36,891 nucleotides of DNA from Macrostomum lignano. Its lineage: Eukaryota. The stretch's first letter is position 1, and every line of letters starts with the position of its first letter. The DNA is taken from assembly GCA_002269645.1 (NCBI GenBank), contig NIVC01003442.1, forward strand, positions 1 to 36,891. The letters are read 5' to 3'. The notes beneath the pieces were generated by a model that ran no database searches, was not told the DNA's origin, and saw only the letters and a program-made list of their open reading frames with translations. A program made the translations under genes and the position numbers. This document shows, piece after piece, positions 1-11,277 of the stretch.

Positions 1-227
1 AGCAAGCAAGCAACTAAACATACTTCAGACACATAACCAAAGCCCAGACAAGTTTCCTCAATCATCAATCAATTCAATCAATCAATCAATAATCGTTATT
101 ATAATCATCGGCAGCAAAGGTGAACACGGGTCTCTGGCGGGACGGAGGCGTCATTTCGGTCTCCTGATCAGCTGCTGGTGTCGGGGTCACAGCAGAGCTG
201 CTTGCTGTTGAGATACAGCGGAATTGG

Positions 228-286
228 CTAGAGCCCTTGCATCGACGATTTGCTGTTGCATTGTTGCTGGGTCGAATGCAGCTTGC
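228..286 (-). CDS. TBC1D5: TBC1D5 probable last coding exon
   Basis: Acceptor CATCAG|GC. A phase-1 join gives GKLHSTQQQCNSKSSMQGL* (TAG 228-230). An alternative frame runs on to 86 (…QRPVFTFAADDYNNDY*). Confidence 0.45.
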
Positions 287-1299
287 CTGATGCGTTTGAG
301 TGTAGAGCAATAAAATTGTATATAATTCAAATCCATTTCTTGTCACCCTCTCTGCGATTTCGATCTCATAAGTTACCCGGGTTCCTGCAGCTTGACCTTC
401 ATAAGTTACCCGGGTTCCTGCAGCTTGACATTCATAAGTTACCCGGGTTCCTGCAGCTTGACATTCATAAGTTACCGCGGGTTCTGCAGCTTGACATTCA
501 TAAGTTACCCGGGTTCCTGCAGCTTGACATTCATAAGTTACCGCGGTTCCTGCAGCTTGACCTTCATAAGCGACCCGGGTTCCTGCAGCTTGACCTTTAT
601 AAGTTACCCAGGTTTCTGCAGCTTGACCTTCATAAGTTACTCGGGTTTCTACAGCTTAACCTTAAGTTACACTTCAGCGGGACCATCAAAAGTTACCCTG
701 TAGCTTGACCTTCAAAAGTTACCACAAGCTTGACCTTACCTTCATAAGTTACCCTGCACCTTGACCTTCATAAGTTACTACACAGACGCTTGACCTTCAA
801 ACGTCACAACGCAGCTCACCAGTCAGCAGATCGCGCACGTGCTTCAACCGGCCACGCTCTGTTCAATCCGACGCTGCTCCGCTGCTGAACAGCCGGCACT
901 CTTGGCGCAGCTCTGCAGCGTCAGAATGCTAGCCTGAAGGCATTCGCCGCAGGAGCGGCACATGGCCAGCAGCGATTCCGTCTGACGTTGACGAGCCAAC
1001 CGCTCGTCCGGCAGGGTGATCTCGGCAAAGTCGCGAAAGTTTGGATCGTCGGAATCCGCCGGAGTGCCGCCGGATGACAGCTGCGACTGCTGGCGTTTGC
1101 CGGTTTCGTCGACTCCTATAGCGAATATGGGATCTGGGAAGATAGCCGCCAGGATCCAGCGCGTGTCGATGGCGCGCTAAAAGTCGGCTCGGCGATCACC
1201 TTCAACGGCTGCTCCGGACCGACCGGCTGTTGAGCGGCACCGCCAGAATTGGCGCTGTTTGAAGCCGTGAAGATGAAGAATTCTGATGCTGCAGTTGCA

Positions 1300-1330
<31 letters not shown>

Positions 1331-4300
1331 GGCAGCAGATTCTGCTGGCTGTCCTCGCGGGAGAAACCAAAGATCAAAGAGCTTGGCCGGTGGTTGCTAG
1401 GTTGAGATTGCTGCTTCTGCTGCTGGGCCTGCTCCGCAACAGAGTGGGACTTGCTGCTGACAAAACTTCTGCAATGCGCGTTAGATAAAAGTGCATATTG
1501 TAACATATTTGTGCCTGAGTACTTTTTAACCTGATTAATAGTATGAAATTTTTACGTATAAAATTTTTGAAACAGCATTTGCAAATTTTGGAAAGTTATC
1601 AACAGACTTTGAAACTTCTGCCGTTAGATTCTGAAGAATCAACTACAGAATTTGAAGTCTCATTTATAGAATTTGATGCCTTATCTATAGAATTTGAAGC
1701 TTCATCTCTATATTTTGAAGACTCATCTATAGAATTTTATATACTTTACGTATAGAAATTGATGCCTTATCTATAGATTTCGAAGCCTCAGCTATAGATT
1801 TGAAGCCTTATCTATAGATTCTGAAGCCTCATCTATAGATTTGAAGCCTTATCTATAGATTTTTAAGCCTCATCTATAGATTTTGAAGCCTTATTTAAAT
1901 ATTTGAAACCTCATCTATAGATGTTGATGCCTCATCTATAGATTTTGAAGCCTCATCTATAGATTTTGAAGCCTTATCTAAAGATTTGAAACCTCATCTA
2001 TAGATGTTGATGCCTTATCTATAGATTCCGAAGCCTCCTCTATAGATTTGAAGTCTTATCTATAGATTTGAAGGCTCATCTATAGATTTGAAGCCTTATC
2101 TAAAGATTTGAAGGCTCATCTATAGATTTGAAGCCTTATCTATAGATTCTGAAGCCTCATCTATAGATTTGAAGCCTTATCTATAGATTTCGAAGCCTCA
2201 ACTATAGATTTGAAGCCTTATCTATAGATTTTGAAGACTCATCTATAGATTCTTAAGCCTCATCTATAGATTTTGAAGCCTTATCTAAAGATTTGAAACC
2301 TCATCTATAGATGTTGATGCCTTATCTATAGATTCCGAAGCCTCCTCTATAGATTTGAAGCCTTATCTATAGATTTCGAAGCCTCAACTATAGATTTGAA
2401 GCCTTATCTATAGATTTTGAAGACTCATCTATAGATTCTGAAGCTTCATCTATAGATTTGAAGTCTTATCTATAGATTTCGAAGCCTCAACTATAGATTT
2501 GAAAGCCTTATCTATAGATTTTGAAGACTCATCTATAGATTTGAAGCCTTATCTATAGATTTTGAAGCCTTATCTATAGATGTCGAAGCCTTATCTATAG
2601 ATGTCGAAGCCTTATCTATATAACTCGATGCAGCCTCATCTAAATATTTTGACGCCTCATCATCCGTATACCCATGGTTAAGTAATCCCGATAGGCAAGG
2701 GTCACAAACCCAATTCTAAGCAGAGCAGATGCAGACGCAGATGTCTCGATGGTATCCTGCGGTTGATGTTGCTGCTGCTGTTGTTGCTGCTGCTGCTGCT
2801 GCAGACTCTCCTGACTGCCGATACGTTGGATAGCAGCGCGCAGAGAGCTGGTGTCGATGCCCACGGTGTGATAGCGATTGCCCGACGATCGGTGGCTGAG
2901 CGGCCGCCGCCGGCGTGTCTGCGACGCTTCTGCATGTACAGCCCCTGCGAATATGTTGGCGAATAAGTAGGTAATATGAATATTATATATTGGGCTTGTT
3001 TGGTCTAGGAAGAGGGTGACGGGCACAGGAAGAGGTAGATAATAAGGAAAGAGAAGAGATAGCGAACTTGGGAGAATAGATGGGCAAAAGGAAAAGGAAA
3101 GGGTGGGAGTGAGACAGGGAGAAGGGGAGTGAGACAGGGAGAAGAGGAGTGAGACAGGGAGAAGGGGAGTGACACAGGGAGAAGAGGAGTGAGACAGGGA
3201 GAAGGGGAGTGAGACAGGGAGAAGAGGAGTGAGACAGGGAGAAGGGGAGTGAGACAGGGAGAAGAGGAGTGAGACAGGGAGAAGAGGAGTGAGACAGGGA
3301 GAAGGGGAGTGAGACAGGGAGAAGGGGAGTAAGACAGGGAGAAGAGGAGTGAGACAGGAAGGGGAGTGAGACAGGGAGAAGAGGAGTGAGACAGGGAGAA
3401 AAGGAGTGAGACAGGGAGAAGGGGAGTGAGACAGGGAGAAGGAGAGTGAGACAGGGAGAAGGGGAGTGAGTGAGCCTAAAGAAAACAAGCACATCATCAG
3501 TGGCATCAGCAGGAAACCTGAAATCCAGTCAGACTAGGCTTCGGATAGGCGTCGGGTGCCCGCAGGTGATAGGCAAGCGACACGATAAAGTTGACATCCG
3601 AGCCCTGAGGATAGCGCATCAGGTAGGTCATCGCCCCGCTGAAATCGCTGGCAAGCAACAGTGACCGGATATTGATCAGCATAGCAACAAATATGTAGTC
3701 AACCAGACCGAAGCCCGCATCGTAGCCGTCGGCGAACACAGCATCCCACACCACTAGCAGGTCCTGCAAAGGGAATTCCCGGCCAAACAGCAGCCTCATC
3801 CACCTGATGCCGTACAGATGAGGCGCCACCTCCAGCTTCTCCAGGTGCAGATAGAGCTCCAGATCGTGCACTCGAAGTATTCGCTCCCCGATGGTGGCCA
3901 GCTTCTCCACAATGGGATTGCCGTTGCGATCTTCGGCGGGCTTGGCGAACGGGACCTGGCTTTCGATTGCCAGCCTGCCGGCCGGGGGTTCGAGCTCCGT
4001 CACGGTGTACCAGGGCTCGATCACGCGCATGATCTGCGAGTTGGAGATCAGGATTGAACTGGGGGGTAGCTTACACCAGAACCCCTCAACCTAAACCCTA
4101 CACCCTACACTACAAACCCTACACCCTACACTACAAACCCTACACCCTACAAAACAAACCCTACACCCTACACCCTACACTACAAACCCTACACCCTACA
4201 CTACAAACCCTACACCCTACACCACAAACCCTACACCCTACACCACAAACCCTACACCCTACATCACAAACCCTACACCCTACACCACAAACCCTACACC

Positions 4301-5356
4301 CTACACCACAAACCCTACACCCTACATCACAAACCCTACACCCTACACCACAAACCCTACACCAACCCTACACCCTACACCACAAACCCTACACCCTACA
4401 ACACAAACCCTACACCCTACACCACAAACCCTACACCAACCCTACACCCTACACCACAAACCCTACACCCTACACCACAAACCCTACACCCTACACCAAC
4501 TCTACACCCTACACCAACCCTACACCCTACACCACAAACCCTACACCAACCCTACACCCTAGACCCTAAACCACAAACCCTACACAACAAACCCTACACC
4601 CTACACCACAAACCCTACACAACAAACCCTACACCCTACACCACAAATCCTACACCCTACACCACAAACCCTAGGCTGAACCAGAGAGCACAGACAAGCC
4701 AAACCTGTGAGAACATGGCAAAGGCATCGTGCTCAATATAGGCGGGATCCAGCAGCAGACCAACCAGCTCCATGACAGGCGGGGTCGCCGAGTACAACTC
4801 GCAGGCGTGCTGAAATGCCAGCTGATCCGAATGCAGCACAAACAGCAGCGGCGCCAGCACCTCGTGCATGCCCTGCCTATAGAGCAGCGGAGACGTGTGA
4901 GCAAAGCAGAACAGAGTTGAGATCATTTTCTCTTGCACGTCGGCCGCGTGAAAGTATTGAATTTCAGGGAAGGTGCGCCTCACGTCCTGATAGATGATGT
5001 GGCGAGTCTCTTCGCTGCGAAAGAATCTGTACCAGGGACTGCGGCTGTCCTGCGACAGCGGATTGTGCACCCGCAGGTCGGTTGCTTGGCTGTCGGGAGA
5101 TCGGCTCAGCTTGCTGATGTCGATGCAGTGCTGCTGCTTCAGCTCTGAGTAGCGGCTGCGCCACGCCTGCGATTTGAGGAGTGCGGGATGCTAGATGGAT
5201 AGATAGATAGATAGATAGATAAGAAATAGATAGATAGATAGATAGATAGATAGAGATAGATAATAGATAGATAGATAATAGATTGATTGATATATAGATA
5301 GGTGGATAGATAGTTAGATAGACAGACAGACAGATAGATAGATAGATATATAGGTG

Positions 5357-5426
<70 letters not shown>

Positions 5427-5456
5427 CAGATAGATAGACAGATAGATAGATAGATG

Positions 5457-5518
<62 letters not shown>

Positions 5519-6250
5519 CAGATAGATAGACAGATAGATAGATAGATGGATAGATAGATAGATAGACAGACAGATAGATAATAGATAGATAATAGATAGA
5601 TAGATAGATAGATAACGAACTGACAGATCTAACAGACACAGTATCAGAGCCATTGCGCAGACACACACACACAAACACACCTGAGTCTCCTCCTTCCACT
5701 TGGCCGCATCAGATGACAGCACCCTCAATGCCAGTCGCCACACAACGCTACGAAACCGGCAGTTCCTGAGCTCGCCGCTGCAGCAGAGCTCTTTTAAATA
5801 GAGCAGCAGGTCGCCCTCTCCGTGCGACAGAAACATTCGCTCCCATTCGTCCGCGTACGAATTCGATATACTCGGCGAGCGTTTCCATTCTTTTCTAATA
5901 GAATTCTTCTTTCTTAGTAGAACACCATTGCTAGCGGAAGCAGAAGGCGTTGCAGCGCTTGTTGCAGCAACTAATTGTTGCAGATTAGTATGCGAGCCCT
6001 CAATGCTAGACTCAGATACGAAGCTTTGAGAATCGCTCAAACTGCCATCGCTAGGAGGCATAGCGGCTGGATTGCTGTGATTGACATAATCGGTCGGATT
6101 TTGCTGCTGCTGCTGCCTACTTGTAGTAGTCTGATGCAATGATTTAGTAGCAGAATTGGCTAGCCTGCTCAAAGTTGACATAATATCGATAGTTAGTGCT
6201 CGCTCCCTTGTGCGCCTCGGTGCGCTAGTGGCGCCAGCCGATACCGACAT
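228..6250 (-). CDS. TBC1D5: TBC1 domain family member 5 (Rab7-type Rab-GAP), spliced gene; exons ~5681-6250, 4705-5166, 3518-4033, 2710-2918, 820-1468, 228-286
   Basis: GT-AG joined exons give RSVVWRLAL, HNPLSQDSRSPW, IIYQDVRRTFPE (Arg finger), YRQGMHEVLAP (Gln finger), IEHDAFAMF and YGIRWMRLLFGREFPLQDLLVVWDAVF, plus a C-terminal IEQSVAG/LKHVRDLLTG motif recalled from TBC1D5. Exons 1-3 are clean; exons 4-6 are less certain (see findings). Confidence 0.88.
367..800. repeat. 33-bp minisatellite (CATAAGTTACCCGGGTTCCTGCAGCTTGACATT) in TBC1D5 intron 5
   Basis: About 9 well-conserved copies to ~660, then degenerate. Confidence 0.95.
820..1468 (-). CDS. TBC1D5: TBC1D5 probable exon 5 (frame-disrupted as assembled)
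   Basis: Acceptor ATTGCAG|A. Reads SFVSSKSH...DDPNFRDFAEITLPDERLARQ...CRSCGECLQASILTLQ...IEQSVAG, then LKHVRDLLTG in a shifted frame. In-frame TAG at 1177-1179 and TGA at 844-846. Donor G|GTGAGC. Confidence 0.6.
1620..2635. repeat. 20-21-bp minisatellite (GAAGCCTYATCTATAGATTT) in TBC1D5 intron 4
   Basis: About 40 or more copies, diverged at the left edge. Contains the palindrome ATCTATAGAT. Confidence 0.95.
2710..2918 (-). CDS. TBC1D5: TBC1D5 probable exon 4 (low complexity, poly-Q)
   Basis: Frame TRRRRPLSHRSSGNRYHTV...SQESLQQQQ...ALLRIG. Donor GG|GTTTGT (phase 2) matches the exon 5 acceptor at 1468. The 5' acceptor is ambiguous: 2918 is in frame, while the better-looking 2944 is out of frame. 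Confidence 0.55.
3105..3472. repeat. 20-bp purine-rich minisatellite (GGAGTGAGACAGGGAGAAGR) in TBC1D5 intron 3
   Basis: About 18 tandem copies. Confidence 0.95.
3518..4033 (-). CDS. TBC1D5: TBC1D5 exon 3 (C-terminal TBC subdomain)
   Basis: Acceptor CTCGCAG|ATC. Reads IMRVIEPWY...APHLYGIRWMRLLFGREF...LMRYP...TGFQ. Donor CAG|GTTTCC, phase 0. Confidence 0.9.
4088..4672. repeat. ACCCTAC-based 7/14/21-bp array in TBC1D5 intron 2
   Basis: Tandem ACCCTAC-ACCACAA-ACCCTAC variants. Confidence 0.95.
4705..5166 (-). CDS. TBC1D5: TBC1D5 exon 2 (catalytic TBC core)
   Basis: Acceptor TCGCAG|GCG. Reads AWRSRYSELK...NPLSQD...IYQDVRRTFP...YRQGMHE...FAMFSQ. Donor CAG|GTTTGG, phase 0. Confidence 0.92.
5192..5615. 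repeat. (GATA)n microsatellite in TBC1D5 intron 1
   Basis: About 100 GATA/GACA tetramers. Confidence 0.97.
5681..6250 (-). CDS. TBC1D5: TBC1D5 exon 1 (190 codons)
   Basis: ATG at 6250 (alternative ATG at 6181). Low-complexity N-terminus, then YADEWERMF...LRNCRFRSVVWRLAL...KEETQ. Donor CAG|GTGTGT, phase 0. Confidence 0.88.
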
Positions 6251-6849
6251 CTAATTAAATTAGATAAATAGCTAAGTAGTATGTTCTGCTAAATACTGTC
6301 TTATTTAGCTGGCATGACCGCTTGATAAGTATGTAATTTTTTGTAAGCAGCATGAATTCCAAACAGTATTGTATAATTTTGAACAAGCAATTTAATAACT
6401 CAAAACATCCTACTAACGGGCTAAATAAAATAATCAGTAGTAAATAAGTAGTTTTTCTATTCGTACAAGTAACAAAAATATAAGAGATCCTGAATACGAC
6501 CATATATGGACAAGCACAGAGTTGCAATTTAAATACTCTTACAAATACAACTACTAGCTCGGAAATATGCGACACTTCCAAATATGGTAATTAACAAGCC
6601 AGAGCTATTAAATTGTTTTTTTACTAACTAATTTTTATCGAAAGGGCTTGCAGAGAAAACTTCTAAAAATAGATTGGGTATACGAGCAAAGCACACTGTT
6701 GCAGGCAGGTCTCACTGTAATAGAGCCTTAAATTACCTCAGCCAAGTTGGCCTGGGCAAAATTTATTAGTCTATAGCGATGAAATAGTAAACTTCTATAT
6801 CGGACTTACATTTGTTTATTAGTGATGCTTTCCTGTCTGCTTGATCGTC

Positions 6850-9440
6850 TCACTGTCTGTCCTAGTGTCTGTCAGTTTGCATACCTGTTATAGTGTCTGT
6901 CTGTCTCAGTGTCTGTCAGTTTGCATACCTGTTATAGTGTCTGTCTGTCTCAGTGTCTGTCAGTTTGCATACCTGTTATAGTGTCTGTCTGTCTCAGTGT
7001 CTGTCAGTTTGCATACCTGTTATAGTGTCTGTCTGTCTCAGTGTCTGTCAGTTTGCATACCTGTTATAGTGTCTGTCTGTCTCAGTGTCTGTCAGTTTGC
7101 ATACCTGTTATAGTGTCTGTCTGTCTCAGTGTCTGTCAGTTTGCATACCTGTTATAGTGTCTGTCTGTCTCAGTGTCTGTCAGTTTGCATACCTGTTATA
7201 GTGTCTGTCTGTCTCAGTGTCTGTCAGTTTGCATACCTGTTATAGTGTCTGTCTGTCTCAGTGTCTGTCAGTTTGCATACCTGTTATAGTGTCTGTCTGT
7301 CTCAGTGTCTGTCAGTTTGCATACCTGTTATAGTGTCTGTCTGTCTCAGTGTCTGTCAGTTTGCATACCTGTTATAGTCTGTCTGTCTCAGTGTCTGTCA
7401 GTTTGCATACCAGTTATAGTGTCTGTCTGTCCTAGTGTCTGTCAGTTTGCATACCTGTTATAGTGTCTGTCTGTCCTAGTGTCTGTCAGTTTGCATACCT
7501 GTTATAGTGTCTGTCTGTCTCAGTGTCTGTCAGTTTGCATACCTGTTATAGTGTCTGTCTGTCTCAGTGTCTGTCAGTTTGCATACCTGTTATAGTCTGT
7601 CTGTCTCAGTGTCTGTCAGTTTGCATACCAGTTATAGTGTCTGTCTGTCCTAGTGTTTGTCAGTTTGCATACCTGTTATAGTGTCTGTCTGTCTCAGTGT
7701 TTGTCAGTTTGCATACCTGTTATAGTGTCTGTCTGTCTTGGTGTGTCAGTTTGCATACCTGTTATAGTGTCTGTCTGTCCTAGTGTCTGTCAGTTTGCAT
7801 ACCTGTTATAGTGTCTGTCTGTCTCAGTGTCTGTCAGTTTGCATACCTGTTATAGTGTCTGTCTGTCTCAGTGTCTGTCAGTTTGCATACCTGTTATAGT
7901 GTCTGTCTGTCTCAGTGTCTGTCAGTTTGCATACCTGTTATAGTGTCTGTCTGTCTCAGTGTCTGTCAGTTTGCATACCTGTTATAGTGTCTGTCTGTCG
8001 CAGTGTCTGTCAGTTTGCATACCTGTTATAGTGTCTGTCTGTCTCAGTGTCTGTCAGTTTGCATACCAGTTATAGTGTCTGTCTGTCCTAGTGTCTGTCA
8101 GTTTGCATACCTGTTATAGTGTCTGTCTGTCTCAGTGTCTGTCAGTTTGCATACCTGTTATAGTGTCTGTCTGTCTTGGTGTGTCAGTTTGCATACCTGT
8201 TATAGTGTCTGTCTGTCCTAGTGTCTGTCAGTTTGCATACCTGTTATAGTGTCTGTCTGTCTCAGTGTCTGTCAGTTTGCATACCTGTTATAGTGTCTGT
8301 CAGTTTGCATACCTGTTATAGTGTCTGTCAGTTTGCATACCTGTTATAGTGTCTGTCTGTCTGTCCTAGTGTCTGTCAGTTTACATACCTGTTATAGTGT
8401 CTGTCTGTCGCAGTGTCTGTCAGTTTGCATACCTGTTATAGTCTGTCTGTCTCAGTGTCTGTCAGTTTGCATACCAGTTATAGTGTCTGTCTGTCCTAGT
8501 GTCTGTCAGTTTGCATACCTGTTATAGTGTCTGTCTGTCTCAGTGTCTGTCAGTTTGCATACCTGTTATAGTGTCTGTCTGTCTTGGTGTGTCAGTTTGC
8601 ATACCTGTTATAGTGTCTGTCTGTCCTAGTGTCTGTCAGTTTGCATACCTGTTATAGTGTCTGTCTGTCCTAGTGTCTGTCAGTTTGCATACCTGTTATA
8701 GTGTCTGTCTGTCTCAGTGTCTGTCAGTTTGCATACCTGTTATAGTGTCTGTCAGTTTGCATACCTGTTATAGTGTCTGTCAGTTTGCATACCTGTTATA
8801 GTGTCTGTCTGTCTGTCCTAGTGTCTGTCAGTTTGCATACCTGTTATAGTGTCTGTCAGTTTGCATACCTGTTATAGTGTCTGTCTGTCTCAGTGTTTGT
8901 CAGTTTGCATACCTGTTATAGTGTCTGTCTGTCTCAGTGTTTGTCAGTTTGCATACCTGTTATAGTGTCTGTCTGTCTTGGTGTGTCAGTTTGCATACCT
9001 GTTATAGTGTCTGTCTGTCTTGGTGTGTCAGTTTGCATACCTGTTATAGTGTCTGTCTGTCTTGGTGTGTCAGTTTGCATACCTGTTATAGTGTCTGTCT
9101 GTCTCAGTGTTTGTCAGTTTGCATACCTGTTATAGTGTCTGTCTGTCTCAGTGTTTGTCAGTTTGCATACCTGTTATAGTGTCTGTCTGTCTTGGTGTGT
9201 CAGTTTGCATACCTGTTATAGTGTCTGTCTGTCTTGGTGTGTCAGTTTGCATACCTGTTATAGTGTCTGTCTGTCTCAGTGTCTGTCAGTTTGCATACCT
9301 GTTATAGTGTCTGTCTGTCTCAGTGTCTGTCAGTTTGCATACCTGTTATAGTGTCTGTCTGTCTCAGTGTCTGTCAGTTTGCATACCTGTTATAGTCTGT
9401 CTGTCAGTTTGCATACCTGTTATAGTGTCTGTCTGTCAGT
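6850..9440. repeat. 44-bp minisatellite (GTCTGTCAGTTTGCATACCTGTTATAGTGTCTGTCTGTCTCAGT) between CUL3 and TBC1D5
   Basis: About 59 copies with a few recurring variant units. Confidence 0.97.
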
Positions 9441-10341
9441 ATGTCTATCTACGAGTATGTGCCTGTGTGTCTCCCAGTCAGCTCAGAAGCGTACTCATTT
9501 CTAAGAAACGTCCTACACAAGTGCCTAAACATAACAAAAATAGTTTATAAAAAGAAATAGAATCGAAAAAAATAGTTGAGCTACTCTTCTGACAACTAAA
9601 TAAAGACGCAAATTTTAGTTTAGTTTTTTTATTTAGTGTTCAAAACTCGCAGACATAGTAAAGAATTTCTGACCCGGAACACGGTGCTAGGGTGGGGAGG
9701 CGGTCATCAAATACAGACATTGATCTGCTTATGCAAGTGCAGAATTTTCATATTTCCTTTTTTATTAGCAAATAATTTTAGACATGAATTTAAAAACAAA
9801 GTGTTTGACAGTTTCTGTAAAATAAAAAAAAACGCTAACTGAAAAGCGCTCAGGCTGGGGCAGGGTCAGACAAAGTGCATATTTATAAATATATCATAGT
9901 ATCATACAGTACCCACGAATTGACACGCTGTCGCAGTCTGAAACACCCAGCAAGTTTACAGAATTGTCCGAAAATCAAAACTAATTTCAAACAAAAAAAT
10001 TGCGATTAAGAAACAAATCAATTTGTTGTTGTTGCAGTTGTTGAAACTTCTTTTAAATATATAGTCGCAAATTGAAACTCAAACAAATATTTATTTTGAA
10101 AATGTACAAAATTCAGGTTTTTTTTCTTCTGCATTGCCGCCCGAAAATTTGACATACAGACAGAAAAAGCGAGAGAATCGATTTTTTTCAAACACAAGAA
10201 GCCTGTCTTCTCCCGGGAACAGAAATTGAGGGTCTAGTTTTTATTGTGTTTTCTTAAAATGAATAACAAATAAAAATTAAATTATCTAGTATATTTTCAT
10301 ATTGCCGAATTTTAATAGCTTCTAGCTTGGCGTTTTTACAT

Positions 10342-11098
10342 CAAGGTCGGCAAACTGTTTTACCCAAGGGGCCAGATGAGAGAGGAAGAGGAAACAGAGG
10401 AGAGAGAAGTGGCTGGAGTATATCAGAGATGAGAGAATGGATGAAAGGTGAGAGGAGAGATGAGAGGCGAGAAGAGAGAGGAGATAAGAGAAGAGGGGAT
10501 AAGATAGGAGAGGAGAGATGAGATAAGAGAGGAGAGAGATGAGAGGAGAGAAGAGGAGAGAGGAGATAAGATAGGAGAGGAGAGATGAGAGGCGAGAAGA
10601 GAGAGGAGAGAAGAGATAAGAGAGGAGAGATATGAGAGGAGATAAGATAGGAGAGGAGAGATGAGAGGCGAGAAGCAAAAGGAGATAAGAGAGGCGAGAA
10701 AAGAGAGGAGATAAGAGAAGAGGGGATAAGATAGGAGAGGAGAGATGAGATAAGAGAGGAGAGAGATGAGAGGGGAGGAGATAAGAGAGGAGAGATATGA
10801 GAGGAGAGGAGAGATAAGAGAGGAGAGATATGAGAGGAGATAAGATAGGAGAGGCGAGAAGCAAGAGGAGATAAGAGAGGAGAGAAGAGATAAGAGAGGA
10901 GAGATATGAGAGGAGGGAGGAGATAAGAGAGGAGAGATATGAGAGGAGAGAAGAGGAGAGAGAAGAGAGGAGAGAAGAGAGCCGAGAAGAGAGTACTGAG
11001 CAGAGAGCCGAGAAGAGACAAAACCTGAGATCGTGAAGCTTCAAATGACCCGAAGGCCGGATAGAGAGGCTTCGCGGGCCGCAGTTTGCCAACCCCTG
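10342..11098. mobile_element. hAT-Charlie (MER58-like) non-autonomous element with internal GA-rich array
   Basis: Left end CAAGGTCGGCAAACT...AAGGGGCCAGAT and right end GGCCGGAT...GCGGGCCGCAGTTTGCCAACCCCTG match the recalled CAGGGGTCGGCAAACT TIR class. No clean TSD. Confidence 0.7.
10375..11015. repeat. GA-rich degenerate array (GAGAGGAGA/GATAAGA)
   Basis: Nearly pure purine strand inside the hAT-Charlie-like element. Confidence 0.92.
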
Positions 11099-11277
11099 TT
11101 TCAGACTAATTCAACAGCTAGATAACGATGTTGAAGCCGATGATTTTAGCATGAAAAGTGCTCGAGAAAAAATAATAAAAAATCCCACAGGAGAAATAGA
11201 GAGAGAGAGAGAGACACAGTCAATCAATCTGTGAGTAGTCCATTCAGAATATAACATTATTAATAACGCATCAAGTG

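Noticed and set aside
1177-1199. Possible 23-nt GT-AG micro-intron (GTGATC…TTTTAG) removing the in-frame TAG in TBC1D5 exon 5
   Set aside because: Too short for a typical metazoan intron, and removing it from the exon's entry frame leads to another stop.
4964-5699. YLSI/SIYL-rich ORF extensions, and similar CLSV/TDRQ, LLS and YPR ORFs at 13300-13955, 10322-11092 and 11275-12331
   Set aside because: Translations of GATA, GACA, GA and 26-bp repeats read through unspliced introns or flanks.
6255-6581. 108-aa minus-strand ORF upstream of TBC1D5
   Set aside because: AT-rich, non-ATG start, no recognisable motif; likely chance.
6860-9430. GTTTGCAT in each 44-bp unit as a POU octamer array
   Set aside because: One mismatch from ATTTGCAT and no independent support.
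6850-9440. Regular ~25-50-bp repeats resembling CRISPR arrays (here and elsewhere)
   Set aside because: No unique spacers, no cas genes, and a spliced eukaryotic context; these are plain tandem repeats.
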